DNA from: Geosiphon pyriformis uo1
Taxonomy: Eukaryota > Fungi > Glomeromycota
Length of the DNA: 64,000 nucleotides
Assembly (NCBI GenBank): GCA_016748015.1
Contig: JAAOMT010000523.1
Location: 455,221 to 519,220, forward strand
Reading direction: 5' to 3'
The notes beneath the pieces are model-generated. The model ran no database searches. It was not told the origin of the DNA and saw nothing but the letters and a program-made list of their open reading frames with translations. Shown here in pieces: positions 14,180 to 26,552 of the stretch. How positions within the stretch are numbered: the first letter of the stretch is position 1; every line of letters begins with the position of its first letter. The translations under genes were made by a program, and so were the position numbers.

Positions 14180-14590
14180 GCTACAAAGTAGACATTTAAT
14201 ATCGCATAATTGGCAGACTTTTAAAATCATTTGGACATATAACTGGAAAAAAACGTTATTTTCTGATGAAACAGCATTTCAACTTTTTTTAAGAGAAAAG
14301 ATCGCACAAAAATTTTTGTTTGAAGGGAAAAATTAACTTATTTTATTTTCAGCGTATTATGAATGCTAAGTTTTATGTTGAAATTTTGCAACAGCATGTT
14401 TGAAGAAGTTAATGGAATACTTGGAAAGAAATGACGCTTTCAACAAGATAATGATTCCAAGCATACAAGTTGAGTAGCTAAGATTCCTTGCCGAAAATGC
14501 ACCCAAAAGTTATTGAATGGTCCAAATCTAAATCTTATTGAAAATTTGTGGGAAATTTTTAAACGTGAAGTAGAAAAACGAATACCACAT
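14180..14590 (+). mobile_element. Tc1/IS630 DD(34)E-type transposase remnant
   Basis: Fragments NWKKTLFSDETAFQLF, IMNAKFYVEILQQH, RFQQDNDSKHTS and PNLNLIENLWEIFKREVEKR cover all three catalytic motifs, with frameshifts and stops. Confidence 0.88.
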
Positions 14591-15252
14591 ATTAAATAAA
14601 ATCAGTTGCTTTTGGCCTTTCTAATGTTACAAATTGCAGTAACAACTAATAATGTTACTAACAAAAATTGACATAAAATTATTCTTATAATAATTAAATT
14701 ATTTAATATTTTGAACTTTATTACAATTAAAAAATTGGCCAAAATAAAAATAATAATGAATTTTCAATATTGTAAATTTTTCATTCCGTGTGAACTATAG
14801 CTTCTTCGAAATGAATTAGCATAATTTACATGATTTTTTCCTTATTCATATATTCATAGCCCTATGTTCTAAAGTAAAAGAGGATCGTGCGCTTTATACA
14901 ACAACACAATATAAAAGGCCTATATGCACCCACACAGACGTCTTGGATATTAAAACCAATCATATCAGCCACCAGATATCTTCGCAATTTCCTTAAGCTA
15001 CTGATTCTACCATATTACCACTCTGGATATGAGATTTGAATTAGCATTAAAAGCTAATATTTTGCTACTATTCGCTTTTAGAAAGGAAATTATCATTGAA
15101 TCATCACAATCATCACAATTACGGTTGTACAAACTCCGGTTTAACTCTGGTCCATTATGTTCATTGATAAATTTCCTAAATGGTAATCCTCATATGAAAA
15201 AATAGATAAAGAAGCAAAGAATTTTTCAAGAAATTTTTAAAACCTTTCTACC

Positions 15253-16809
15253 ATGAATAGACTGACTGAAGAAATCTGTATTGAAATTTTCAAATGGGTT
15301 TCATACCCTGCACCATTGGCATTATCATGTAAACACTGGGCAAGAATTGCTGGAGACCCACACACTAAAGCAACTTGGCTAATTTTTCAATACGGAAAAG
15401 TTCATGCTCTTTTTCATGCAGTTAGACTTGGTCCTTCATTTATAGATTTAAACATTATTTCTTCACTCCTTTCACAAAAAGTTATTCTTTCAAGATACTT
15501 TATCCAACGCCTTTTAATGCATTTCGGAAAGTATGACGAACAATTAATAATGTTGAAAATTGAACATAGTGTTGGTCACGCGGATGAAGATCGTATTAAA
15601 GAAATTCAAAAAAAGCTTCGTTGTCCCTGGGCCTCTGACTTGCCTCTAAATGTATTTAACCAACTTTTAGAGGAGGGCTCGAAACGTTTTGGTGGAAATC
15701 TTCCGANNNNNNNNNNNNNNNNNNNNNNNNNNNNNNNNNNNNNNNNNNNNNNNNNNNNNNNNNNNNNNNNNNNNNNNNNNNNNNNNNNNNNNNNNNNNNN
15801 NNNNNNNNNNNNNNNNNNNNNNNNNNNNNNNNNNNNNNNNNNNNNNNNNNNNNNNNNNNNNNNNNNNNNNNNNNNNNNNNNNNNNNNNNNNNNNNNNNNN
15901 NNNNNNNNNNNNNNNNNNNNNNNNNNNNNNNNNNNNNNNNNNNNNNNNNNNNNNNNNNNNNNNNNNNNNNNNNNNNNNNNNNNNNNNNNNNNNNNNNNNN
16001 NNNNNNNNNNNNNNNNNNNNNNNNNNNNNNNNNNNNNNNNNNNNNNNNNNNNNNNNNNNNNNNNNNNNNNNNNNNNNNNNNNNNNNNNNNNNNNNNNNNN
16101 NNNNNNNNNNNNNNNNNNNNNNNNNNNNNNNNNNNNNNNNNNNNNNNNNNNNNNNNNNNNNNNNNNNNNNNNNNNNNNNNNNNNNNNNNNNNNNNNNNNN
16201 NNNNNNNNNNNNNNNNNNNNNNNNNNNNNNNNNNNNNNNNNNNNNNNNNNNNNNNNNNNNNNNNNNNNNNNNNNNNNNNNNNNNNNNNNNNNNNNNNNNN
16301 NNNNNNNNNNNNNNNNNNNNNNNNNNNNNNNNNNNNNNNNNNNNNNNNNNNNNNNNNNNNNNNNNNNNNNTAGTCAAATCTTGCAACAAAGCCGAGAAAT
16401 TCCAGATATTTTTCAAATCTCGAGGACTGGGTGTGTTTTAGGACTTTATGAGAAGTATTCAAAAAATGTACCATTCAATGAAACGCACCTTCCGTTGCTG
16501 GCAGCTGCAAAGCAAGAAGATTTACTTGACCCATTCTTCGAGAAATATTTACCTACCATTTTCCCTCAACAAACTGAAGAGAATATCGTACAAAAACATC
16601 AAAAAAAGCGCAGAAATTTTTCTAAAACAGGGAGAAAGGAAGATGAAGACCAAAAAGTAAAATGGAAAAACACATTACTTAAATTTCGTGATAACGACCC
16701 AATCAAAGATGAGGATGGGAATATCTACTCGTTTGGAAAACCGACACACTTATTTCTAGCAAAATTAGAAACGTTCTTAAGCGGCCTTTCCGGTCTCCAC
16801 TCCATGTAG
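15253..16809 (+). CDS. F-box-like N-terminus hypothetical protein, tandem copy 3 (middle in the N-gap)
   Basis: Intact 5' (151 aa) and 3' segments; identical to copy 1 after the first ~30 codons apart from rare substitutions. Confidence 0.8.
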   Translation: MNRLTEEICIEIFKWVSYPAPLALSCKHWARIAGDPHTKATWLIFQYGKVHALFHAVRLGPSFIDLNIISSLLSQKVILSRYFIQRLLMHFGKYDEQLIMLKIEHSVGHADEDRIKEIQKKLRCPWASDLPLNVFNQLLEEGSKRFGGNLPXXXXXXXXXXXXXXXXXXXXXXXXXXXXXXXXXXXXXXXXXXXXXXXXXXXXXXXXXXXXXXXXXXXXXXXXXXXXXXXXXXXXXXXXXXXXXXXXXXXXXXXXXXXXXXXXXXXXXXXXXXXXXXXXXXXXXXXXXXXXXXXXXXXXXXXXXXXXXXXXXXXXXXXXXXXXXXXXXXXXXXXXXXXXXXXXXXXXXXXXXXXXXXXXXXXXXXXXXXXXXXSQILQQSREIPDIFQISRTGCVLGLYEKYSKNVPFNETHLPLLAAAKQEDLLDPFFEKYLPTIFPQQTEENIVQKHQKKRRNFSKTGRKEDEDQKVKWKNTLLKFRDNDPIKDEDGNIYSFGKPTHLFLAKLETFLSGLSGLHSM

Positions 16810-19750
16810 AAAACATGAAAGCCGAGACCGGAAGTGTAAAAGGCCGCGGCAGGTTTTATTTACCAAGTTTGTTATTCTAGAATTTACAATGAATAATCCC
16901 CACACGATGAATTTGTAAACATTCCGTTAAATAAGATTCTTTAAGCTCTATCCCTTTTCCATTCCTTATATCCATTATTATATTACTATTTCATTTGTAT
17001 TATCATTAAATATATGACCAAAATTCTTTCCCTACATGGCTTGTGAAATTTTAATTTGCGATGTCCTTGTTTGATAGATCTTTGAAAATCTTTAACCTTA
17101 ATATAAAGCTATAAGCTCAATTTTGTCTAGATCTCTTATTGTGCTTGGGAACTTTTTCAAAGGCGTTCGTTGAAATCACTGTTACATCAAAATTACCCCA
17201 CATCTTTTTTATTAATGGCGTTCGAGCCATGTAAATGGACCCTGATCGTCAAAAGTTCTGAAAATGCACGGTTTTTTATAGAGACGTACTTGAAATTGAT
17301 TCCAATTTCTCGGTGAATCTTTAACACACGAGATTAACCCTTTTTTTTTACCCTTCTATGAGACTAACAGGCATCCTATAGCATGACAGCAGCTAATCAT
17401 TTTGAAAAAAAAAACTCATTGATTGGTGATAATTTTCAAAAATGAATATCAACGGTAACAGTAGAGATTTGCGGTAAAATATTCCCCAGAATTGAAAAGA
17501 AGTTCTGACCAATCGCAAAACTGGAAGGGAAAATCTTGCGCTGACAAAGTGCATCTCGAAATGTTGTAGTTTTTCACAAAGATTGATTAATTTGGAATTT
17601 TGAATAAAAGAGTTCCAAACTTTTTACATGTGTTAATGTCACTCTTATCAAATTTAATACGGGAAGCGAGACAAACGGAATGCTAAAGTGAGAGATCTGC
17701 TTTGCGATTGAAACAGAAACCAATCAATAAATATACAATAAGATATTATTTTTACAACACCGAAGCTTTCTTATTTCCCATAAAGATCCTTTCAAAACAA
17801 GTTTAATCGAGATTTAGGAGCTTATAGATGGCGTAAAAAGTTTCAAATCTAAAATGATTTGATTATACCCAAGTACATCGGCAAAAGAGCTTGAATTAAA
17901 TGAGTGGGGGGGGGGGGTACAAGGTTTAATCTCAAATGTCTTGACATTTTTGTTTTTATTTTCGAGGGATAATCCCTTCTTCCTGGGTAAGCACTATAAA
18001 AATTTGTATTTACATGTTAATATTTAGGTTTGAATTCAAAAGTCTTTTTATTAAATTATGTAAATAAAATCTTTGATTTTGGTTAAAGATTTAAAATGTG
18101 GAGAAGTAAAGCTGGGGAAAAGTTTGGAGATCCTCGGAACAGGTTTTGGTTTCTATACATAAAAAATTAATTTTTGACATTTTTTTTTGATTAAAATAAA
18201 TTCATTTTTTATTTTTCTTTTGAGATAATAAAAAAAGCAACTTTCCATAAAAAGACGAATTTACAGAACAGTGTTTGACTAGTTTTTTATCGATATATAT
18301 TTTTAAATCAGCGATCTTGCGGATTTTTTCTTCTTAGAGGGAGTGAATTTTCTTGGTTTGTCACAATATTAAAAAGAAATTTTTTGAAATCAGAAACGAT
18401 TTTTTCTTTATTGAGAAATTAGGTTCAACGATAAGAACAATGATCTGGCAAAAAAAAAAAAAAAAAAAAAATCATGGCTTATCTGTTTCCAAAATGCCTG
18501 CTTCTTTTTTACCGAGTATCTTTAATTTCATCTTTCACAAAAGAACAAATATTTTGATTTTCAAACTACAAATGTCAAGATATTGAAACACTTTTTTCAG
18601 CTGCATTCTGTTGACAATATGATCTACACATTTTATTGTTTTAGATAAAACTTTTTTGAGCTGTTTTTATTCTGTTCATCACAATTATCACATGTTTTAA
18701 AAAAAAAATTTTTGTTCTTGTTTTGGTTTATCTTTGCATGTCAAAAAAATAATACACCTTACTTGCAGAATATGACAAGTATACACTTGAAATTCAATCA
18801 TAATTTTCATATTAACCGTAGGGATATTAAAATTATTTTTTTCTGACCTGATATAATTCTGGTCCATCAGTTTTCTTTGTTTTTTTTGGCCAACTAAATC
18901 TGTGGTTTTATTATTATGGTTTTTTTTACACTTTTTTAATAGATCTTCAAGGTATTAAGATTTCATCTTTAATTAGCCACAACATCTAACTGCTTGTGTT
19001 TCTCCTCAAAGTTTGAGCTATGTTTAGATTGTAAGAATATTTTTCTTAGTATGTCGTAATGTACGGCTAATGTACATTTTAAAAATTTATTGCTTTTCTA
19101 TCAACTTCGGTTCACTGGGAATTTTCATTATCTTTCTATATAAATGCCAATTTAAGTAATTTCATAGTTGAGAAATTTTTTAATTCCTGTTAGAACAAAC
19201 TTTTCTCTCTTTTTAATATTATAAAATGTCTCTTTTAAACAATATTATGTTATTGATCAGGTGGAGTGTATCTCGATTGAATAATTTTTAAGGAATAACC
19301 CTAATCAATGATAGTGGATTTAGTATCTTTTGCGAGAAGAAACGACAGCACGAAATTGAGTCTTCCCAAACAAACAGAATGTCGTACTTGTACAGCAAAA
19401 TTCACTTTATCTAATTTTGTTCCAAAGTATATTAAAAATAAAATGAAATGTTAAAAAATTACGCAATTGTTATTATTAAAAAGAAAAATTATTTAAAGTT
19501 TAAAAGCTAAAAGAAAATAAACTTAATTTTGTGTTCATATTAAAGAACTCTGTTTAATTTTCAATGATACAGCTATAGTTATGTTTATCATAGTACTTAA
19601 ATTCTCAATATATTAATATTCATGTAATTCTTAAATACATTTGATTTTAACAAATGACTAATATTTGAAGTATTGGATAAAAGTCTTTTTAAATGCTATT
19701 AATCATTCTCTCATCCATCGCGGTTGATGATCTTAATAACTTGTGGTACT

Positions 19751-19803
19751 ATGATATGATGATGATATGATGATATGATGATATGATGATATGATGATGA
19801 TGA
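19751..19803. repeat. (ATGATGAT)n-like 8-bp tandem repeat
   Basis: atgatatgatgatgatatgatgatatgatgatatgatgatatgatgatga. Confidence 0.8.
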
Positions 19804-20787
19804 AAATATTTGATTCCGAGTATATTTAAATACAAAAATAGTTTTCAAGTGGCAATGATGAAAGGTATAGTTGTATCAATTAGGTCTTTCTGAAGATAAT
19901 CATTGAATTTTTGTGTGATTTAATTTTTCAATATTAAAAGGTAAATTTCATATTAAAATCTTTGACTTTTCGTATTTATTTTTATTATTTTTATTATTTT
20001 TATTTTTATTATTCAAAAATCACTATTTCCTTCTAAATTTGCTTTAAACCTATCCTTTATTCCCAGTATCAATGAAATTTAAGCCTTTTATAGAAACTGA
20101 TATTAAAAAATTCAATTCAAAGCTCAAAAAACTCAAGTTATCCTGAAATCTCAAAAGTTCCCAAAAGATGTTTTACAGATAATCAAGAAAAAAGATTTTG
20201 GAATTTTTGCGTTCCATGTCAAAATAATATATCCAAAACTTTTTTTTGGATATTACACACACACCCTCTAGTCGTCACAAAAATTTCTATTTTTGTGGGA
20301 TTTTTCCTCGAGTGACTTTGACAACATTAAGTGAGGAAAAACTCATAAAAAGTTTTCACACGAAAAACTTTCAAAATTCTGAAACTTCTCTCTCAATATT
20401 TGGTTTCAGGTAAGTAGTAAAACTCATTATTCCCTTATTTCAAGGGTTATTAATATCCAAACATGATCAAATTTATCATCGATTTTTCATATTGTATTCC
20501 TAATATTATCACCGTTCTTTTCACGCTAAAATTATCATTCAATCTGAAAGAAAAATTGATGTCAGCTCTAAATTTTTAAAATCTAAATGTTGATGGATGG
20601 GGAAAATTTCTCTATATAGTAAAAAATGGTAAATATAATTAATATAATCAGAGATCAATGAATTCTCGCAAGCTTCAAAAGTCCATCATTTTTTCTTTCT
20701 TTCCATATTTTCCATCTCTCTCTCTCTCTCTTTGTCTCTTTCTATATTTTCTTATATTTAATTTTTAAAAAGAGATAACGAGAAAAA

Positions 20788-22452
20788 ATGAGATTCAACA
20801 GAAACTTTGAACACCGAAGAGATGATCGTGGCACTATTACCATTGCCGTGACCTCAACGGATCGTTGGTTGGGTTACGTGTTGGCATGGTCTTTTCTTCA
20901 ATTACAAAAGAATCCTCAACAAAAGAACAATAACTTTAAAATTCGCGCAATCGCCCGTACTAGAAATCATGAAACTGATGATCTAAATAAGGAAGGCGCT
21001 GAAGTGACGACTGTTGATTATGGCCGTCGTGAGACTCTAGAGACAGCATTGGGCGGATGCCAATGGTTGTTATTCGTTCCTGAGTCGGACCGTGACCGCT
21101 TAGGAATGGCACGGACTCTCGCTGATGTAAGTGTTAATCATAAATAGATACTTTGGTAAAAATGTCAAGCAAATTTTACTACTAGTAAAGAGCGTGATAT
21201 GAAAAAGGTTTTTATTTGAGATGGCTTTTGGCTTTCAAATTCTTTATTTCCTAATAATAGGCAGCGAAAAAAGTTGGTGTACCGAACATTATCACTGTTT
21301 CGGCGTTGGGCGCTGGTGATTCGCGAGAACAATCTTTTAAAGATCTCAGAGATATTGAAAAAGCCATTGAAGGTTCCGCGAATAATTGGGTGACTATACG
21401 GTAAGTTAAATTTTCTATGATTTTATATGAGTGAAATTTAAAGTTAATTTTAATATTCTATGCACTTCAGAAAATCACTTTTACAACAACGATTTTTCCA
21501 TTTTGAGCAACGAATCAAGAAAAATTCAACATTGCCCCTTTCAGTTCGAGAGGATAGTCGTTTTGCCCCCCTTCATCTTGACGACCTGGTCACAGTTTTG
21601 GAACGTTTAACGCGGGCGAATGAGGGATTGGGAGAAGACTTGGATCCTAAGCACCGTCATAAAATTTATACATTATCTGGAGTTGAATTGGTTACAGGTC
21701 CACTCATCGCTAACATTATTAATGAAGCAATTGATCATCCTGGTGCCGTAGAGTTCACGGAAGTTACACGAAAGCAACTTGAAAATTATCTCGAGGATGG
21801 TGGTGATGGTGGTGATGGCGGTGATGGCGGTGACGGCGGTGATGGTGATGATGATGATGATGATGATGGTGGTGATCATAAGAAGCCCAAAAATCCAAAA
21901 ATTTTCCAAGGAAAAAGAATACACTTAAAATATCCCAAACCCAGAGGAATTAATCATTTTGAGATTCAGACAATGTGAGAAACTTTGATTTGAAAACAAT
22001 CTCCAAATTTTTTCTAATCTATTTTTTCTTTTGAAACAGTTTGGACTTCTTTGAATATGTTAAAAGCGGAAAAGCTAGTTATCTTTCGGGTGATGTAAAA
22101 GGAATCACTGGAGGTAATTGAAAAAAGCATCTTATTACTTAAAAGGAACCAATAAGTTTGTAAGATGCTTGATTGCAATGTAAACAATGAAAATAAACTC
22201 TCTTTTCACAATTACAGCGGATCCTGAACCATTGATCAATTTCTTCAAGGTAAAATTGTTATTGAACTTTCCATTTTGAAATCCTGAAATTTTAGCTTCC
22301 GATACTGATTGAATCACTACATTTTTCTATCTTAGGAATTTCCCGAATCATTCACTCCTCGTGAAAGAAAATCTCGCTCCTACCGATTCGAAGGGAACTA
22401 TAACGATCAGCAAAAACGTTCACGTAGAAGAATCCACCGTAGCAGACTCTAG
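20788..22452 (+). CDS. NmrA-like / atypical SDR NAD(P)-binding Rossmann-fold protein, 6 exons (20788-21126, 21261-21400, 21471-21974, 22040-22113, 22218-22249, 22336-22452)
   Basis: All five introns are GT..AG and preserve the frame. Motifs: ITIAVTSTDRWLG, KIRAIAR, GAEVTTVDY...LETALGGC, AAKKVGVPNIITVSALG, FAPLHLDDL, KIYTLSG, DVKGITGADPEPLINFFKE. Confidence 0.85.
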
Positions 22453-23329
22453 ATATTTGCACAATCCTAAAACAAATGATATTATACCCAGAAAATTTAA
22501 AGGTTATAGGATATAGGATGTGTGAATATTGAAATCTCAAATTTAAAATACCATCTGTGTTTGATTTTAAAAAATGACGATTTCAACCTTGCTAAATCGT
22601 TAAATAAATTTTCTCATTTTATTACTTTGTGGAATTATTATGTTTTGAAAAGGATTTAAATATGGCTCAACCAAAAGTTTTAACGCTTTATTCACATTCT
22701 AACAAAATGAATTGCACAAGGATCTTAATTTTGAGATATTATAAAATAAATAGCAGTTATATTTCTTATTTCTGGTTCAGATCTTTTCTATTACGATTTA
22801 TTAAAAATATTTTTATATTTTTAAACCCGATTTGGCTCAATGTATTAATTTGATTTTTTATTCTATTAAAATTTTTGATCTTAAGTAGATATTTATTTTT
22901 TCGAACTCTGAATTTTTTTTAATAAGAAAAAATTTAATTATTTTAATTTATAACTAAAGTTATTGCAATATAAATAATCGATAAAAATACTTTGATTTGA
23001 TTAGATTTTTTTTGCAAAGACACAATGTGTGATCCAACCATATTTTATCTATTTACATAAAAGATACACGTTCTATTTTAAAATAAAATTTAAATTATTA
23101 CAAATTTTATTCTTAATCTTTATTTTATTAATTAATTTTAAATACAAATAAAGTTTGTTGAAAAATAAACATATATTTTTAATAAGTAAAAAAAAAATTA
23201 AAAAAAATTAATATTTTTTTTATGTATTGATAAAAAATATATATTATTTAATATAAAATTAATAGTTTTTTAAACTGTTTATATAACAAAGTAAATTAAA
23301 AAAAAACTTTAGCATTTATGTATAATTTT

Positions 23330-25880
23330 ACAGTAAAAGTGTTTAAGTTTTTAAAATTTACCTTAAAATTTTACATAAATCTTAAAATCTTTTCTTTTTT
23401 AATTTTTATGATTACAACCAAAACAAAAAGTAAATTAAAAGCAACTACTACTTCTTTTATAGTATCTAAAAAACTTTTAAAAGCTTATTTAGTTATAAAA
23501 ACAGTCTATAGTTAGTTTTTTATTGGCAAAAAATTTATTTTGAGTCAAAAATTTTTCAAAAAGCCACATTAAAATTAATCTTAATATATTAATATTAATG
23601 TTTATAACAACAAAACTAATATTAAAATCATTATTATTTTTTTAAGTTATTTTTATTATTATTTTTTAAATAATTTCATGTTACAAAAAATATTTATATA
23701 TTGCTGTTTAATAATTTGGTTTTGGTTTTTTTTAATTGTAAATAATTTTTTTTAGTTTTAAATAATAATAACAACATATTTGCTAAATAATATTGTATTA
23801 TTTAAAAAAACAGTTTTGGTTAATTATTACCAATTTTAAAAGCAAAACAAATTATGTTTTAACATATATTTTTATTTTTTTATTTTTTTATTATTATTAT
23901 TTAACCAAAAAAATTAAACTAAGATAAAAATAAAATTGATTTTTTTTATTATTTTTATTAATATTATTAATAATTAATAAGTTGGTTATTAACTATTTGA
24001 AATTTTTAAATTAAGTAGTTTTTATTATTTTTTAATATTATATTTAAAATTAAATTAGATTTTGTCAAATCTTTATTTTAAGTAATATTTAATTTTATTA
24101 AATTTAAAAGAATTTTTAAAAATAATGTTAAGTTATTTTATATAAACTTTATTTTTTTAATTTATTATTAATATTAATATTAATATTATTTTTTTAATTT
24201 ATTATTAATATTAATATTAATATTATTTTTTTAATTTTTAAAATATTTAATATAACTTTTATTTTAAATTTAAATTTATTGATTTATAATAATATATTAT
24301 TAAAAATATTAATAATTTATTAAAATTTATATTTAGTTTTTAAAAATTTAATAAAATTTTAACCAAAAAATAATAATAAAACTTAAATAATGTATTAAAA
24401 ATATAAACATTTTAATTTAAAATTAATTACAAAAAATAAAAACTCTTTTTTTATTTTATTTTTTATAATTATAATTAAAGCCAAAAATAAAATAATTGTA
24501 AATATTATAATATTTAAAGTTATTAATAGTATTTTTATCAAAAATACATTTATAATTATAAATATTATTAAAATAAACCAGATTTTTAATTGATTTTAAA
24601 ACATTATTTTTGCTTTTAAATAAAATTTTTTTTTAAAGTTTTTTTAAATCAATATATTAAGAATAATTTTAATATAATTATTATTATTTTAAAATTTTTA
24701 ACTATAATTTAATAGTCAAGCTATTATTATTTTTAAAACATTAAAACACTTTTTTTTCTGATATTTTAGTTATTATAAAATCAATTTTTTTTATGCAAAA
24801 TAAAACTTTGATTTTTTTTAGCTTTTTTATTAATTTTGTAATAATATTATTATAAATAATAATAATAAAAACTTATTTACCAAATATATATTAATTTTGT
24901 TTTATTTTGTTTTTTAATATATTAATTTTTAATTAATTTTTACTGGTTTTAAAAACAAAAAAATATATATTTTTACATATAATTTTAAATAACAACTTAT
25001 TAAATTACTAAATTTTAAAATTAGACTAATTAAATAAAAACTAAAACTTTTTTGTTTTTTAAAGATATTATTTTTAATAAAAATAAAAAATAATTATTAA
25101 TTAATAAAATTATTTTAAATAAATAATTTCTATTTTAGTGTTTAATAAAACTATAAAAATCAAAATAACTTATATTAAAACTGATTATTATAAATAATTT
25201 ATTTAAAAAAAACATTATAATTTTTGGTATTTGATTATAAAATATTGATTTTTAAAGATTTTTGGATTTTTAAAAGTTTTTATAATATTTAAAAATTTTT
25301 AATAATTTCTTTTAAGAAATTTATTTATTAAGTTTTTTTTATAAAAAACAAACATATTAAATCTTTTTATATTTATAATAGTGTTATTTTTTGTTGTTTT
25401 TTAATAATATAATGTAAATTGTTTTTAACTATAATTAGTTTAATTTGGATTATTTAATTATAATTAATAAAATTTGGTATTATTATTTTGTTTTTCTAAT
25501 AAACTAATAATTTTTAATAAAATAATTTTAAGATATGCTTTTTTTATTAAATTATTATAAATTAAATTATTAATATATTGTTTATATTTTTTGAAGTATT
25601 TTTAAACCAATTACAAATTTTTTTTAATTAAAAATAATTAATTTAAGTTGTAAAAATTCTAAAAATATTATATTAATTATATTTAATAATAAATAAATAA
25701 ATTTTAATAAAAAAAATTGGAAATTTAATTTATATATTTGTAAATTTTAATAATATTTTATTAGATTAAAAAAATAAATATATAATTAAATTATAAAATG
25801 TTTTTTTTTATACTAAAACTATTTATATATATATTTTTTCTGTTTTTTTAAAAGTTTATTATTTTTATTTTTTATATTAT
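23330..25880 (+). mobile_element. Very old AT-rich LINE-like relic X1 (ORF1-type remnant plus a 3' segment shared with X3)
   Basis: MITTKTKSK (23408) and KNNVKLF (~24118) recur on the minus strand in 34230-36955. 25187-25880 aligns by eye with 43131-43237 plus 53521-54190. Confidence 0.55.
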
Positions 25881-26450
25881 TTAATAAATAAGATCTAATT
25901 ACTATTTAATATTATATATTAAATTAAACTAAATATAAATTATATACTTTTTATATGTAACCAGTTATTTGAGTCAGTTAAAACAATACTATATTAAAAT
26001 AAAAAGATTTAAAAATAAATTTAGCCTATTAATTCTTTTAATAATATTATTTAAGTTTTTAAAATCAAAAATAAATTTAGCTTATTAATTTTTTTAATAA
26101 TATTATTTAAGTTTTTAAAATCAAAAATAAACTTACTAAGAAACAATTCAATTGATTTAATACTATTTCTAATATTAAAACTTAATATATATTACAAAGC
26201 TATAATACAGTTAATAGTATTTTTACTTAAAAAAAAGTTTAATAATTAGTATTCTATTATAATTTATTTTATTAAAATTAATTTTAGGTTTAAAATAAAC
26301 TATGTTTTTAGAAATACACTTCATAAAAAGCAAATTTTTTTTATTAAAGAGGTTTATTAATATTATTATTTAGAAAACTAATAATTAAAATAATTCAAAA
26401 TTAATAAGTTTAATGAAAAATTTTATTAAAACAACCAAGAATTTTTTTTT
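25880..26450 (-). mobile_element. 5'-truncated LINE 3'-end fragment
   Basis: atatgtaaccagttatttgagtcagttaaaacaatactatat (~25953-25994) matches the 3' UTR of LINE C (~43344-43385) and the reverse complement of the LINE B 3' UTR. Contains a ~57-bp tandem duplication at ~26011-26131. Confidence 0.6.
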
Positions 26451-26552
26451 TGTTAATCTTCTGATCATAGTAAGAGCTAAAAATTTGCCAAGAATATAGC
26501 TTTTCTTTCTTCTTTTACACTTTGTTTTCATTAGCTATTTTTTCTAAAACTG

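Noticed and set aside
16745-16765. HLFLAK in the C-terminus of the F-box-like protein as a Crinkler LFLAK motif
   Set aside because: The CRN motif belongs in an N-terminal ubiquitin-like header with a following HVLV motif; neither condition holds here.
16860-17260. Possible minus-strand kinase relic (CLQIHRVGIIHC)
   Set aside because: A single weak motif with no recoverable DFG or other kinase motifs; too degenerate to call.
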